From Selaginella moellendorffii (taxonomy: Eukaryota; Plantae; Lycopodiophyta): DNA of 64,000 bases. Below are positions 12,160-23,735 of the stretch, in pieces. The stretch is from NCBI RefSeq assembly GCF_000143415.4, contig NW_003314276.1:1910107-1974106 (forward strand), given 5' to 3'. The notes under the pieces are model-generated. The model was not told the origin of the DNA. It saw only the letters and a program-made list of their open reading frames with translations, and ran no database searches. Position 1 is the stretch's first letter, and each line of letters begins with the position of its first letter. Both the position numbers and the translations under genes were made by a program.

Positions 12160-12888
12160 GTTCACCCTCTTTCTCCTACAGGAAGTGTTGGCAACGTGGA
12201 AATAGTTATTGAGGACTACTTTAAACTTTCCAATAACATGAGCTGATAATCTTTTGTGTTCCATAGATGGATACAAGGATTAGGAATGAATAATACCTTC
12301 AGCATCAACTTCATATTCTTTGACTTGCCTGATGGGTTACCACCTTTACAAGGCAACACTCCATCCTAAAACATCCTTTGACCGGACCACATTTCTCAAG
12401 CAATAGATGTAGCATCCAAGATGTTGTAATATGAGGGCATTATGCTAGTCATTCTTCCCTGTTCTTTATTTTAGAGAGGCTTTCTTGCAATGATGGCAGA
12501 GAATGATGACTCTAGATTGGTTGAGTTTGCATCAAGCTGCCTACTCTTAAACATCTCAGTTGAAACAAAAGGAGCAGGTGGCCAAATCCAAAAGGTTTGC
12601 ATTTCCTTATTTCTCGTATCTTAAATTGGTTGCCTCTTTTCATTGTAGGTTTTAGCATGGAACTACCATGCTCTCCACTGCTACTCTTGCTGTTACAGTA
12701 TTACACGAGTTGATGAGCGTGTAGGTTTGGCATTGCCAAGAGCTGTCTTGTCCTCTTAAAAGGATTGTGCTTAACGCTATAGCAAGTTTTGGTTCGATGG
12801 TGCTAGTGGCTAAAGAGATTGACTGTGTAGTTTTTGCATTGGAGAAGGAGAGTGTGTTTGAAAGTGTTCTTGGCACATTTCACAACAG
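12160..12888 (+). pseudogene. Decayed beta-class amino (N6A/N4C) DNA methyltransferase-like gene with a 54-nt intron
   Basis: Exon 12160-12594: VEIVIEDYFKL...SINFIFFDLPDG...ASKML*YEGIMLVIL; GT-AG intron 12595-12648; then SCPLKRIVLNAIASFGSMVLVAKEIDCVVFALEKESVF (motif I/II-like) after a frameshift; several stop codons. Confidence 0.6.
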
Positions 12889-15332
12889 GTGATAATAATG
12901 TATAAATTTCTTATTATAGTAATTCCATCATGGTAGTGTATATTAGGTGGATCAATGATATGGCCTATAATTTGCCATATTATGCAAAAGAAATGGCACA
13001 AACTCACATACAATAAGAGCTTACAGTTAGATAGCATAATACTATATGAACTCCTCCTTTTGTGGATATGGATACCAAGGAAGATTAAGTTTTGTGTTTT
13101 TTTCCAGTCAAATTTTTGAGTGGTATTATACAGTTTCTTCTTTGACTCATGATATTTATTTTCTTATTGGACTTATATTATTTAGCTTTTTCTTGGACTA
13201 AAAATATGTCTTAAGTTTTGAATAGAATTGCTAGTTTGTCCTAAACCAATCATTTGAATATCAACTTCTGTATTTGGTGGATTATATTGACTTTCATTTA
13301 CTTGAGCTCAGCTCAAAAACTACCTAGCCCTAACCTTTTCCAACACCTCAATAGGCAAACTCTTAAGAATTAAGGTACTAACTCAAGCTTAGCATCATGG
13401 ACCACTATTGAGAACCAAGTAAAAATTACTTCAATATTACTACTTGCAAATAAATTAGCTTCATCATCAACTATTTTGGGTTGACAATTGTTTAACCAAA
13501 CAATTCATAAATACATTACTCACAATCACATAAATATGATATAAGTATCACAATAATTTGATCATCAATCAAGAAACACTATAAGCAAGCCCACATTATT
13601 ACTTCAAAAGCTTACATAAGAATCAAATACCAACTCTATTCGACAAAATGCAACATAAATGCTACACCCAACAAATAGAGATTTACAACACCAAACACCA
13701 CCAACTTTATTCATAACATAAATAAAGTCATGCCATTCTCTGTTCGACCAAACTCAAAATTAGTCCAATATTAAACTACTCAAGAAGCAATAGTAAAGCA
13801 TTGCAACTTAAATCTTTTAATAATAAGCCTAAATAAAATGGTTTAGCACTTCATCACTATCCATTTTACGACTCACCACTTATAAGATTATCATAACTAA
13901 CATGCATCAAAATAAGGACTCTTGATTGCATAATGTGAGCACAAGCAATCAGATCACATCTCATTGCAAATCATATTTTGAAGAAGAAAAAATGATTTAT
14001 GTGTTTGATCCTTTGTCTCTGATTATGATTAAACCTAAAGTTTTTATTCACACTATTTTTAGTCCTATCCAAAAAAGGTTTATGAGAGATTATAGTAATG
14101 ATTATTTGAAAAAATAGACTAATCCCTATTGTCTTGATTGATCCACTTATAATCATGCTAAATTGTTATAGACCAGTATATTTTCTCTTATTGCAAATCT
14201 AAGGAAGGTTTACTTTTTATTCTTTGAGTTGTCTTCTATAAGTTGTTTAGCATGTTATTTGCAATCTTTAATAGTTAAGTTTTATCTTTGAGTTTTTTCT
14301 TAATAATATACTAACTATTGAAGTTTGTTAGATAGTTACTTTTATGTTTTTAAACTATCATGATCTTGGTGGTTTCTATCCTCTACTAATTTATTGAATG
14401 ATAATTTACTTAGAATACTTTTGTGTTTTAATATAAGATTTATTCACTTGATAATTTGGTCTCTAAGATATTATTGTCTCTGACTTTGATATTGTCTATT
14501 TATTGACAAATATCACAACACCTTTAACCAATTAAAGAAAAGGGTGTATTTTTATTCATAAGCTCTTTTCTTTTATATTTAAACCCCATGGATGGTCTCT
14601 CAAGTCATTCTCTTTAATTGTTTATAACTTGCCTCTTTCTTTATATTCCTTATTTTATTAAAAGGGTGTGACTATGTAAATAACTCTAATTGATCTCCAT
14701 TAATTTTGGGGAGTTTGTGTAGGATTTTCTAGCATGGGAAAGGATGGTACCAACAGAAAAACTCAAGCTGGAAGCCATAAATATTCTTCAACAGTTGGAT
14801 GAAGTTCTCTTGCTTGTGTTGAGTCAGGAGCAACAATCCCTGGCACTACCTCTGTCAAATTGAAAACAGAGGAGGATCAGCCACCAAGGAAATAAATGCT
14901 ACAGGGCCACCAAGGACAGAGATCAAACAAGGAGTGATTGGCACCAGTGGTACCTCGGCTACTATTGCGGTTGGTACTTCAACAGCTACAGCTTCTGTCA
15001 ATCATCATCAAAGAAAAGGAAAACAAAGTTTGAGCAGTAAGTTTTAATTAGAAACTCTTATCAGAAAGAAAGCAGGTCATAGCACAAGTGTTTTTTAACA
15101 GTGCTATGTGCTGTTTTTTAACAGTGCTGAAAACTTTTCTGTTTTTTAGATTGGCACAATGGTTATCTGGATGATTTCGCAATTAGCATTTCTTTTATAT
15201 GTTTTTTATTGGCATAAGCTATTTCGAAAAAGGGTAAAAGAATTTTGATGCAAATGTTGTCTTGCTCTGCTTCTTTGGCATGAAGAAGCAAGCGGATACT
15301 GACGACAAATGGTTAAGTAGAGTAGACTGATC

Positions 15333-17225
15333 CTAGGAGAAAGAATTGGAGAGCAGCACAAAGGTAGCTGGGGTGGCGGATCCAATAACAACTGCCTTGG
15401 TCGCCACCAAAATTGCCCTTTTTACATCGCCATGGAGCTTGCACGAGCTCAGGAACACGAGCCACGCTGCCTCGTCCCCCTCAAACGGCATCGTCTCAAA
15501 CAAATCCTGCGCATCGTCCAGCAATCCAACCCGTCCCAAGACATCCATCACGCAAACGTAGTGATCGATCACAGGCCTTATTCCAAAGTCTCTAACCAAG
15601 CACGCAAAGCAGTGGCGTCCATGCTCGAGATTTCCAGCGTGGCTGCAAGCCGTGATCACTGCCACCGACGTGATCTCGTCCGCTTCCACGCCCTCCATTG
15701 CCATGCTGCGGAAGAGATCCATCGCTAGAGCGTAGCTTCGTCTCGATTGAGCGTAAGTTGATAGCATCGCATTCCAGGTAACTCGATCCTTGCCGCCGGT
15801 GATGGAGTCGAAGATCTGTCTCGCTGTGTCGAGGCTGCCGCAGCGGCCGTAGAGATGGATGAGGCTTGTCGTGATCGCCACCTCCATGTTGATCGAAGAC
15901 GGATTTTGTTCTTCCGCAAGCAGCAAAGAGTGGAGGAGTTTTCCATCCGCAAGGGACGCGATGCTAGCGCACGACTCGATGGCGATGATGAAGCTCACGC
16001 GGTCGGGCCTCACTCCCTCTAGATCCATGGACTTGAAGAGGCGGAGCGCGAGCAAGGAGAAACCATTGTTCGCGTAGGCAGTGATCATTGTATTCCAAGT
16101 CACTCGGTTGCGAACTGGAGTACGATCGAAGAGTTTTTCGGCGTCGTGGATCATTCCAGCGCTGGAGAAGGTCGCGATGAGCGATGTCCATGAGACAACA
16201 TCGTGTTGGGCCGATTTGGAGAAGACACACAGCGAAATATCAATATCCCCGGACTGGGCATGTGCAGCAGCGATGGAAGTCCAAGACACCACGTCCCTTC
16301 TGGGCATCAGATCAAACTTAGTTTTTGCTAGATCGAACATCCTAAGCTTTGCATACATGCTCAAAAACGCATTCTCTACGTTTACCTCGCCACAGAGCCC
16401 AATCGAGATGAGTTCCTCGTGGATGATCTTCCCTGCTCTCCGATATGGGAGGCTGCCGCATGCATCGATCACGCTGGAGAAAGTAAACGCGTTTGGAGCG
16501 ACGCCATCCAGATCCATTTTCTGGAAGAGGCAGAACGCCTCGCTCGATCTGCCCAGCTGGGAATTGGCGACGATCATAGCAGTCCACGAAACCACGTCTT
16601 TCTCGAGCATGGCGTGGAAGATCTCGTAAGCTCTGTCTATTTCACCGTTTTGGGCGTAGGCACTGACGATAGAATTCCAGGAAACGATGTTGGTTTGAGC
16701 CATTCTATCAAACACCATTTTCGACATTTGCAAATCCCGGTTCTGAGCAAATGCAGAAACAATGCTGTTCCAAGATATCACGTCCCGATCTTTCATCTTA
16801 TCAAAGAATCTCTTAGCGTGGTCGATCTCGTTGTTTCTCACAAATCCAGCGATCATTGCATTGCAAGCAACGAGATCAACCCAAGGCATATCTTGCAGCA
16901 AGACTTGAGCTTTGTGCAGCTCGCGGCTATGGAGATAAGCCGCGAGCATGAGGTTCCAGGAGTAATTGTTCTTCCTTTCTGGTGCGATGCCATCGAATAC
17001 GGCCCTGGCCTGGCGTGCATCGCCGCAGCTGCCATACATTTGGATGAGAAGATTGGAGAGAAGAGTGTGCGATTGGAGGAGGCGATGGCCAGCGCTCTTG
17101 AGCAGCGTGTGGATCCTCCGACCCTCTTCCACAGCTCTGGCCTTGATGCATTGCCGCAGCAAAGTGGCATACGATCTCGCCTCAATCGAGCCTCCAACTT
17201 TGTAGCAAGAAAGATACCTAACAGA
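15333..17225 (-). CDS. PLS-class pentatricopeptide repeat protein with truncated E extension, no DYW
   Basis: 609+ aa open frame of repeats (DVISWNSIVSAFAQ, DVVSWTAMI, SLIHLYGRCGSL, HYVCVMDVLGRVGLL...MPFEGDEAAWLVFLSSCKLH); start codon uncertain. Confidence 0.93.
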   Translation of the reverse strand, partial: SVRYLSCYKVGGSIEARSYATLLRQCIKARAVEEGRRIHTLLKSAGHRLLQSHTLLSNLLIQMYGSCGDARQARAVFDGIAPERKNNYSWNLMLAAYLHSRELHKAQVLLQDMPWVDLVACNAMIAGFVRNNEIDHAKRFFDKMKDRDVISWNSIVSAFAQNRDLQMSKMVFDRMAQTNIVSWNSIVSAYAQNGEIDRAYEIFHAMLEKDVVSWTAMIVANSQLGRSSEAFCLFQKMDLDGVAPNAFTFSSVIDACGSLPYRRAGKIIHEELISIGLCGEVNVENAFLSMYAKLRMFDLAKTKFDLMPRRDVVSWTSIAAAHAQSGDIDISLCVFSKSAQHDVVSWTSLIATFSSAGMIHDAEKLFDRTPVRNRVTWNTMITAYANNGFSLLALRLFKSMDLEGVRPDRVSFIIAIESCASIASLADGKLLHSLLLAEEQNPSSINMEVAITTSLIHLYGRCGSLDTARQIFDSITGGKDRVTWNAMLSTYAQSRRSYALAMDLFRSMAMEGVEADEITSVAVITACSHAGNLEHGRHCFACLVRDFGIRPVIDHYVCVMDVLGRVGLLDDAQDLFETMPFEGDEAAWLVFLSSCKLHGDVKRAILVATKAVVIGSATPATFVLLSNSFS

Positions 17226-17351
17226 CTAAAGCTTAAAAACTGGTTTTAGTTAATAAATTCTAAAACCCATGGTTACTCATACCATTAGTCTATACCATGC
17301 AAGAAAATACACGTAAAGTACTCATTTTAAAGTTTTTAAGCTGCAACGTTT

Positions 17352-18808
17352 TTAGACGAAACGATTGAGAGTGTCGTCTAGAGCAAGCGAAGGTGGTGGA
17401 GCGGTGCGAGGGCCTAGAAGTGGCTGGAGAGCCTTGACCACAATGCTCATGCTTGGCCGGAAGTCGGCTTCGTATTGGACACACAAGGCAGCAACTGCAG
17501 CAAACTGGAGATGGAAACCACAACGCCATTGTCAATAGCCTCCAGACTAGAGATCACTTCTTACTTTGGCCAGGCCTTTAGGAGGGTACTCTCCCTTGAG
17601 ATTTGGATCCGCGCACTGCGTCACTTTGTCTTCGGTCAGCCTCGGCGTTGCCTAAGACAAAGGAAGAACAAACCAGCCAGCGAATGGGTTACCAATGGAA
17701 ATGAAAACGAAGAAGAAAAATCCCACCCATGTCACCAGACTTTGCTGGCCCCGAGGCATTGAAGGATCAACTGGCCTCCTTCCCGTGAGAAGCTCCAGAA
17801 GAACAACTCCAAAGCTGTAGACATCGCTCTTCTGAGTTAATTGCCCGGTCATCGCATACCTGCGAAGATCGAAGATCGAAGGTCGTCGAATGAAACACAA
17901 CTTTTCTCCCGCTTTGAAACTCACTCTGGTGCGTGGTAGCCGAATGATCCCAGAACCCGAGTCGAATGCAGCCGTGAAGCCATGTCCGGTGCCTGGTTGC
18001 TCGGGTTGTAGTCTCCAATCTTAGCTGCGTAGTTCTCGAACAGCAAGACGTTGCTCGACTTGATGTCTCGGTGGACGACTGGTGGCTGGGCCTTCTCGTG
18101 CAAATACTCTAGCCCTCTGGCCGCTCCAACCGCAATCTTTACTCTTTGCATCCAGTCCAGCACAGGCCCTGGCCTCGATCCAAGCACACCTTTCCTGCCT
18201 GTAAACGCTCTTGAGACATGATCGCAAAACAAAAACGCAAGAGAAAGATAAGTTTTTCCGACCGTGAAGAATATCATGGAGAGATCCCATCTCCGCGAAC
18301 TCAAACGCGAGAACACGCAGAGGGCCGTCAATGCAGTATCCAAGGAGCTCCACCATATTCTCGTGTTTGAGCCTCGACTGCCTTGACACCTTAGAAGAGA
18401 GATCACCAAACAACTCTTTAGGAAGAACTGGCGCATACCTGAGAGACGAAGTCCTCATGCGGTTGCGGGCTCGAATCGAGCTTCTTGAGAGCCACGGACT
18501 GCCCATTGCGCAGCTTTGCAAGATAAACTCGACCATACGAGCCCTCTCCAATGAGACGGCTCTGGTCGAAATTCTCGGTGCTCTCCAACACCTCCTCGAC
18601 TGGGATTGGCGACACAGCAATGGGTTGTACCCGACCTTGCCAAGTATTAGGAGCTACATGATCTAGGAGACAGAAGAATAAACAAACACTCTAGCCACTA
18701 AGAGCGCTTACCTCTTAAATTCCCATGAGCCGTTTGTGAGTGGCTATGGTGGCGATCGTGATCTTCGTTCCTGCCAGGAAAAGTACCACAGCAGCTTAAG
18801 CACGACAT
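17352..18808 (-). CDS. PTI1: PTI1-like receptor-like cytoplasmic kinase (multi-exon)
   Basis: MSCLSCCG start; [85 protein letters not shown]; short GT-AG introns; TAA at 17352. Confidence 0.95.
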
Positions 18809-19299
18809 CTTTTTAAGGGATATAGGACTAAGGAATTGGAGGGTGTTCCTTCCAAAGCATAGTTTCTATCACCAAAATTAAACCTAAGTGGAAATAGAGA
18901 TAATACTTAAAGGTGTTAGAAATGAGAAGAGAAGTCTTTTTTAAGATTATTTACCTTTTGAATTTCTTCTTTACCTTTTGTAATTTCTTATATTTTACTT
19001 TTAACAAATAAAATCTAAGCCATATAAACTTTGTACTAAAAATTGCCCAGCCAATGCTGGGCAGTTGCATTTTCAAGAGGTTTGCTGAGATTAGTTATGT
19101 TTGCTGCTTGATCAACTCAAATATTTTCTTCACCAAACCTGAATCGATTCACCATAGCTTAGTATTGTTAAGGTACTGGATATTTTAGGTTGGAGTTGCT
19201 ATTTGATATTATCACTTAATTTAGAAGAAGTTATTATTTTAATATTTAATAATTAGTATTTGTACTAATAGTTTAAGTTATATATTTATATTAAGCTTT

Positions 19300-20090
19300 T
19301 CATTATTAGTATAAAGTCTCTTTGAGTGTAATTATAAGAAATGCCCTATATTATTTTTGGTGTAATTTATAGATAAAATTTATTTTACCAATATCTATTT
19401 TTTTCACTCAATATTCAAACATGATGATGAATCCAAAGTTTAAGATTTGGATCCATCCTATACAAAGGATGAAAGACTTTAGAATTTTAATGTTTAAAGA
19501 ATTATGTGTAATTGCAACTCAGGAATTACTTGATTATGATGTTGTAAAGCTTCCCATTTACAATATCACTTCCATAACTGAGAATTGTATATTCATGATG
19601 ATGGTATTGCTGTTTAATGTTGATCTTTTACTTTTAATTATAATGCCTTTAAGTATATTGCATTTTCTTCCTTTGACCAAGTATTTATAATCTTCATATA
19701 TTACTAATATGAAATCAAGAAAGATTTAAAGAACTTGAATTGTAATTATAAAGTTTGTATATTTGTACAGGGCATGGTTAAAAGAATAATATAACATCTA
19801 ATCTACAACAAAATCTCAGAGAAAATTAAATCCCAAATTTAAAGTGGGTTTAATTAAAGAATTTATGGAAAAAAAAGTTCTATATACTAATGTAAATAGG
19901 TTTCTGAACAAGCTTGTATGTTTAAATGACCAAACACTATAGATCTATAATTGGTTTTCTTAAGCAAACCTGTAGAGGTATTGAATATATTTAAAATATG
20001 CTTGCAGATTCTAGGTTATTTTAATATCTAATAGTTGTTGTTCACATTTAGATTAATATTTTTATATATAATTTATAAACTTACTTTCTA
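19300..20090. repeat. AT-rich dispersed repeat family; other copies at ~23860-24370, 33820-34230, 37265-37616 plus 39880-40110, 46605-47390
   Basis: Shared GGATCCATCCTAT.CAAAGGATGAAAGA and AAGATTTAAAGAACTTGAA blocks in both orientations. Confidence 0.8.
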
Positions 20091-21039
20091 GTATAAATTC
20101 CACTATTGATATGCAATAATATTAGTCTTGATTGATAAATTATAAATATGGTTATAACTATCATACTACTGCAAATTAATTAAGAGATAAGTATTGTCTC
20201 TCATATTTTTGGTTTGCTTAAGCAAAGCTGTAAAGGTAGTGAATATACCTAGAATATGCTTGGAAATTCTATGATATTCTACCATCTAACAGTTGTTATT
20301 TATTTAGATTAATCTTGTATTTATAATTTATAAACATGTTTATAATTTAAAAACTTTCTTAAACCCTTTCTAGTATATTCTTTATTTTATCATCTAATGG
20401 TTGATATGCAATAAAATTAATCTTGTGTTTATAAATTACAAACATGCTTATAATTATAAACTTTATTTGATCAATTGGATTAATAAGTAATAATAAAACT
20501 ACTATTAACCAAACCATCCTAATAACAATTTATTTATCCCTTCACCATGGTGTGCCAGCTACCATCTTTGTTTGGGTTTTATTGACGGCACCATCAACAC
20601 TGCATCACACTCTTTCCTTGCAACACCTTAGAAAAGCTTTACTCTCATTTTGATTAAATTCTTTGGATCCATGATATTCAAGCATATGCCTTCAGTCATA
20701 TGCAGTGTTCTTATTTCTTAGGCAGTTCCCAAGCACCTAAATGAAAAGTAACTTTCCACTCCTAATACCCTCTCCATAATAAAATCCCTTTCCCATCCCT
20801 AAAACAACATGTCATTGATGAAAAAGTCAAAGAAGAAGATACTTAAGGAGGTAAGCTCCAAAGCCTCCACAACTTTTCATTGCCAAGCTTTAGTTTCCTC
20901 AAAACAACTTGAAGATAAGGACTTCTAACTAGCTCAACCATCTTGGTTTAACAATTTCGTAAATGAAGTACCTTGTGAAGGCTATAAGATGAAACAAAAA
21001 AGCTATGAACTAATGAAAAAACTATAGCACCTATAACCA

Positions 21040-21600
21040 GCATACTTTGTAGGGCACTCTCCAATTACTCCAAATGAGTAGTGCAAGAAGAAGTGTGTCA
21101 TTGTGACAGCGACACCAGAGTACTTCTGAACTTGGGGCAGAAAACTTCTCGAGCAGCAGGCATGTGTCCACACTGAGCAAGTACGCAAGTAGTGGATTCC
21201 GTCCAGATTTCTCTCCCGGATCTGCGAGTGGAGCCTCTTCTCTGCTAAGTTGCCGCGTGCCTTGAGCGCCACCATGAAAGTCTGAGCGTTTGGCTGCGGC
21301 TTGCTCATAGCACTCAAGAGCAAAGGTTGTTCTTGGCAAATCCCAGGAAACGACGTTTTGCTGCTCCATGCAAAGTCTCAGCGTTTGGAGGCAGGCCAGC
21401 TTCTCGTTGCATCTGATAGAAGACGTGCATGTCCCATGATGATCGTGTTCCAGGCAACCAACGTCGTGTTTCTTTGTCCTCCTGAACACTTCTGATGCTT
21501 CCACATGTCCACGAGGCTGCTTGCGACGAATGCATTGGGTTAATTTGCGAGGTAGACCAACCTATCCTGTTCTTCGTCTGTCAAACAACCTGTGTTGCAA
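21040..21600 (-). pseudogene. PPR pseudogene fragment; paralogues at ~29880-30255 (+), 35050-35480 (-), 42890-43261 (+), 48236-48680 (-)
   Basis: FVASSLVDMW / ASEVFRRTKKHDV.AWNTIIMGHA / PNAQTFMVALKA / RLHSQI spread across shifting frames. Confidence 0.8.
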
Positions 21601-22085
21601 GCCGCAGTGTAGACTTCGACCATACTTCCACAATTTTGCACTTGCTTGATTCCCGGCTTATGATGCTCTTGACTCTGGAGAAACTTATCTGGCCGCTATG
21701 CCCTGCTCTGCTTCTTCTCATCGAAGTTGAGATTTGAGCACCTGCAAGAACAGAGAGCAAAAGTAGTATGTTACCTTTTCTCAAACCTTTCGTCTCAAGC
21801 AACTTCTCTGGCCTTTGGAGGTGCACTAACGTCTGCTCCCCCGTCACCTCTAGAGGATAGCTCAGTCAAATCGAAACTTGGTAGGTTCCTGCTCTACTTT
21901 CCAGTCCATGGTCCGAGCCAGCTGCGCAATAACTTCCAAGTCTGGTGACTTCCACCAGTGGACCCTTGTATGTGATCTTCACCGTCCGTGAGCAAGACCC
22001 TGCTGTCTTCTTGCTCTGCAACTTCATCTCCTTGAAGATTGTTTGTCCACAATCTTCCATGTGACAAGGCATGCACTGTGCTGAC

Positions 22086-22853
22086 TTACGCGTCACTGCC
22101 AGTGTTGGCAGGACACTTTGAGGAGAATCCCAGAGTGCCATTGCTGTGCGAACCACGAGTGTGAGCTTCCAGCTGTTTCTTCTCAGTCAGAGAATCGTCC
22201 ACCACAACTTCGATCTGCCACCCGGGATCCTGAAAGATCGCATTACTGCGCTGCTTCCTCCGAGAGAACATCCATCGCACTAGCAAAAAGCATGCGAGCA
22301 GCACCAAGATCGCAACCAAAACCCACAGAAGAAGCTGGAGCAGCGACCACGGCGTCCTCCGAACCACTGTAACTACTGCTGCGGGTGTTGGTGTGGCCAC
22401 TGCTGCGTCGTGACCCTCGCGACGATGGTGGTGGTGGTGGTGGTGGTGGTGGCGTCCTCCATGGTGGTGACCATGGTGGTGACCATGGTGATGGTGGTGA
22501 ACAACCAGAGGAGCTCCATCACCGTGATGATGATGGTACACTGCTGCTGCTGGAGCTGGATCGTGGTGGCGAGCATCAGGCGCTGGAGCTAGATGAGCAG
22601 GGTGGCCGCGAGCAGGGTGAACGAAAGCAGCTGGCGCTGGGGCTCGAACTGGAGCGTCACCTTGAAGAACTGGAGCTAAAGCTGGCACTGGCTCGTGGGC
22701 TCCTCGAGGATGGTGTCCATGGTGGTGTGGTGGATGTGCTGGAGCTGGAGCTGGAGCTGGAGCTCGCGGGTGTGAAGCTCGGTGATGGCCGCCATGCCAG
22801 GGCGCTGGAGCTCGGCGGGCAAGCGTTGGGGCGGCGTGAGCGCGAGAGACCAT
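22086..22853 (-). CDS. Orphan His-rich, Ala-Pro-repeat single-pass membrane protein (AGP-like), copy 1
   Basis: 255-aa intact GC-rich ORF; ~42 His in the first ~150 aa; APAPAP modules; TM LLQLLLWVLVAILVLLACFLLV followed by RRKQR. Confidence 0.7.
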   Translation of the reverse strand: MVSRAHAAPTLARRAPAPWHGGHHRASHPRAPAPAPAPAHPPHHHGHHPRGAHEPVPALAPVLQGDAPVRAPAPAAFVHPARGHPAHLAPAPDARHHDPAPAAAVYHHHHGDGAPLVVHHHHHGHHHGHHHGGRHHHHHHHHHRREGHDAAVATPTPAAVVTVVRRTPWSLLQLLLWVLVAILVLLACFLLVRWMFSRRKQRSNAIFQDPGWQIEVVVDDSLTEKKQLEAHTRGSHSNGTLGFSSKCPANTGSDA

Positions 22854-23164
22854 AGCTTACCTGACGAGAGCTTCTACAATAGAAAAATCCAAGCGAGAAA
22901 GATTATAACCTAACCCTTGACTTAGAAAATAGAAAATAAAGAGGTACTTGCTTTGTGAAAAAAACAAGAGCTTGTGACGCTGTGGATTGTCGGACTTGAA
23001 CTAGCAAAGAAACAAAAATGCTAAACTTTTCTCTTCACCATTCTAATACTCATCCTTGGAGATTCTAGCAGCTTTTGTTGCATTTCAAAAGCCTTTTGAG
23101 AGATGAGCTTTGGAAAGCCCACCATCTCCAGAAAGTTTCTATAGCCAAGAAGCTGCATCTGCAG

Positions 23165-23735
23165 GCAACCATGAAGAATGTTACTAATGCTTATAATAAT
23201 AATACATATTATAGTAATAGTAATCACAAGAGGAGGAGGAAAAGGGATAGTGTTTTGCTTTGCAGTGTTATGCAAGAGGATGAGTAAAGCAATTGGTAAA
23301 ACCAACACAATATAAATCAACTGGTATGGTCTTCTGTACCAATCAAATTGTCTAAACACTAATATTAATTAGTATTTTGGTTTGCTAGTAAACATATTTA
23401 GCTACATATTTGTGTAGCTAAAAGTCTTTTAAAATGAGTAACTTGTTTTTCTTACAAAAGTTCAAAATTGGAAACGTCACCTTCACATTCTTTCAAAATT
23501 TAAATGCATTTGCTTTTCTGAACAAACAAATAGAGATATTGGGCATGCTTGATCAATCCAAAGAAACCAATTATTAAAAGCTTACTAGGTGATGGATTTT
23601 GTTTCAAGGTGGCCTCTCTCCATTCCTTGTATTCCAAGCATGTTGTCCTGCCTGGATCTTGTACCAAAACCAAACTAATGCCTTTGGAACTTGTAAGTTG
23701 TAACAAGCAAATCAATGCCTTCCTACTGACCTCAA
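23165..23735 (-). pseudogene. ORC6: Duplicated ORC6 3' end plus downstream flank (also ~40352-40920, +)
   Basis: Matches 50518-51071, including the last intron (EYKEWREATLKQNPSP vs EYEEWKEAVLSSSKQNPSP). Confidence 0.85.

Noticed and set aside
14720-15050. GC-richer exon-like island after an AG acceptor
   Set aside because: Stops in the frames read and no recognisable motif; cannot support a call
16081-17249. Long plus-strand ORFs (182 and 276 aa)
   Set aside because: Antisense shadows of the GC-rich PPR gene
19421-19690. 88-89 aa ORF repeated at 33838 and 47022
   Set aside because: Similarity is explained by DNA duplication; other copies are disrupted and no domain is recognisable
22373-22855. 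Gly/Glu-Leu-rich antisense and Thr-rich alternate-frame ORFs over the His-rich gene
   Set aside because: Shadow frames of CAC/GCTCCA repeats; only the His frame gives a coherent TM architecture
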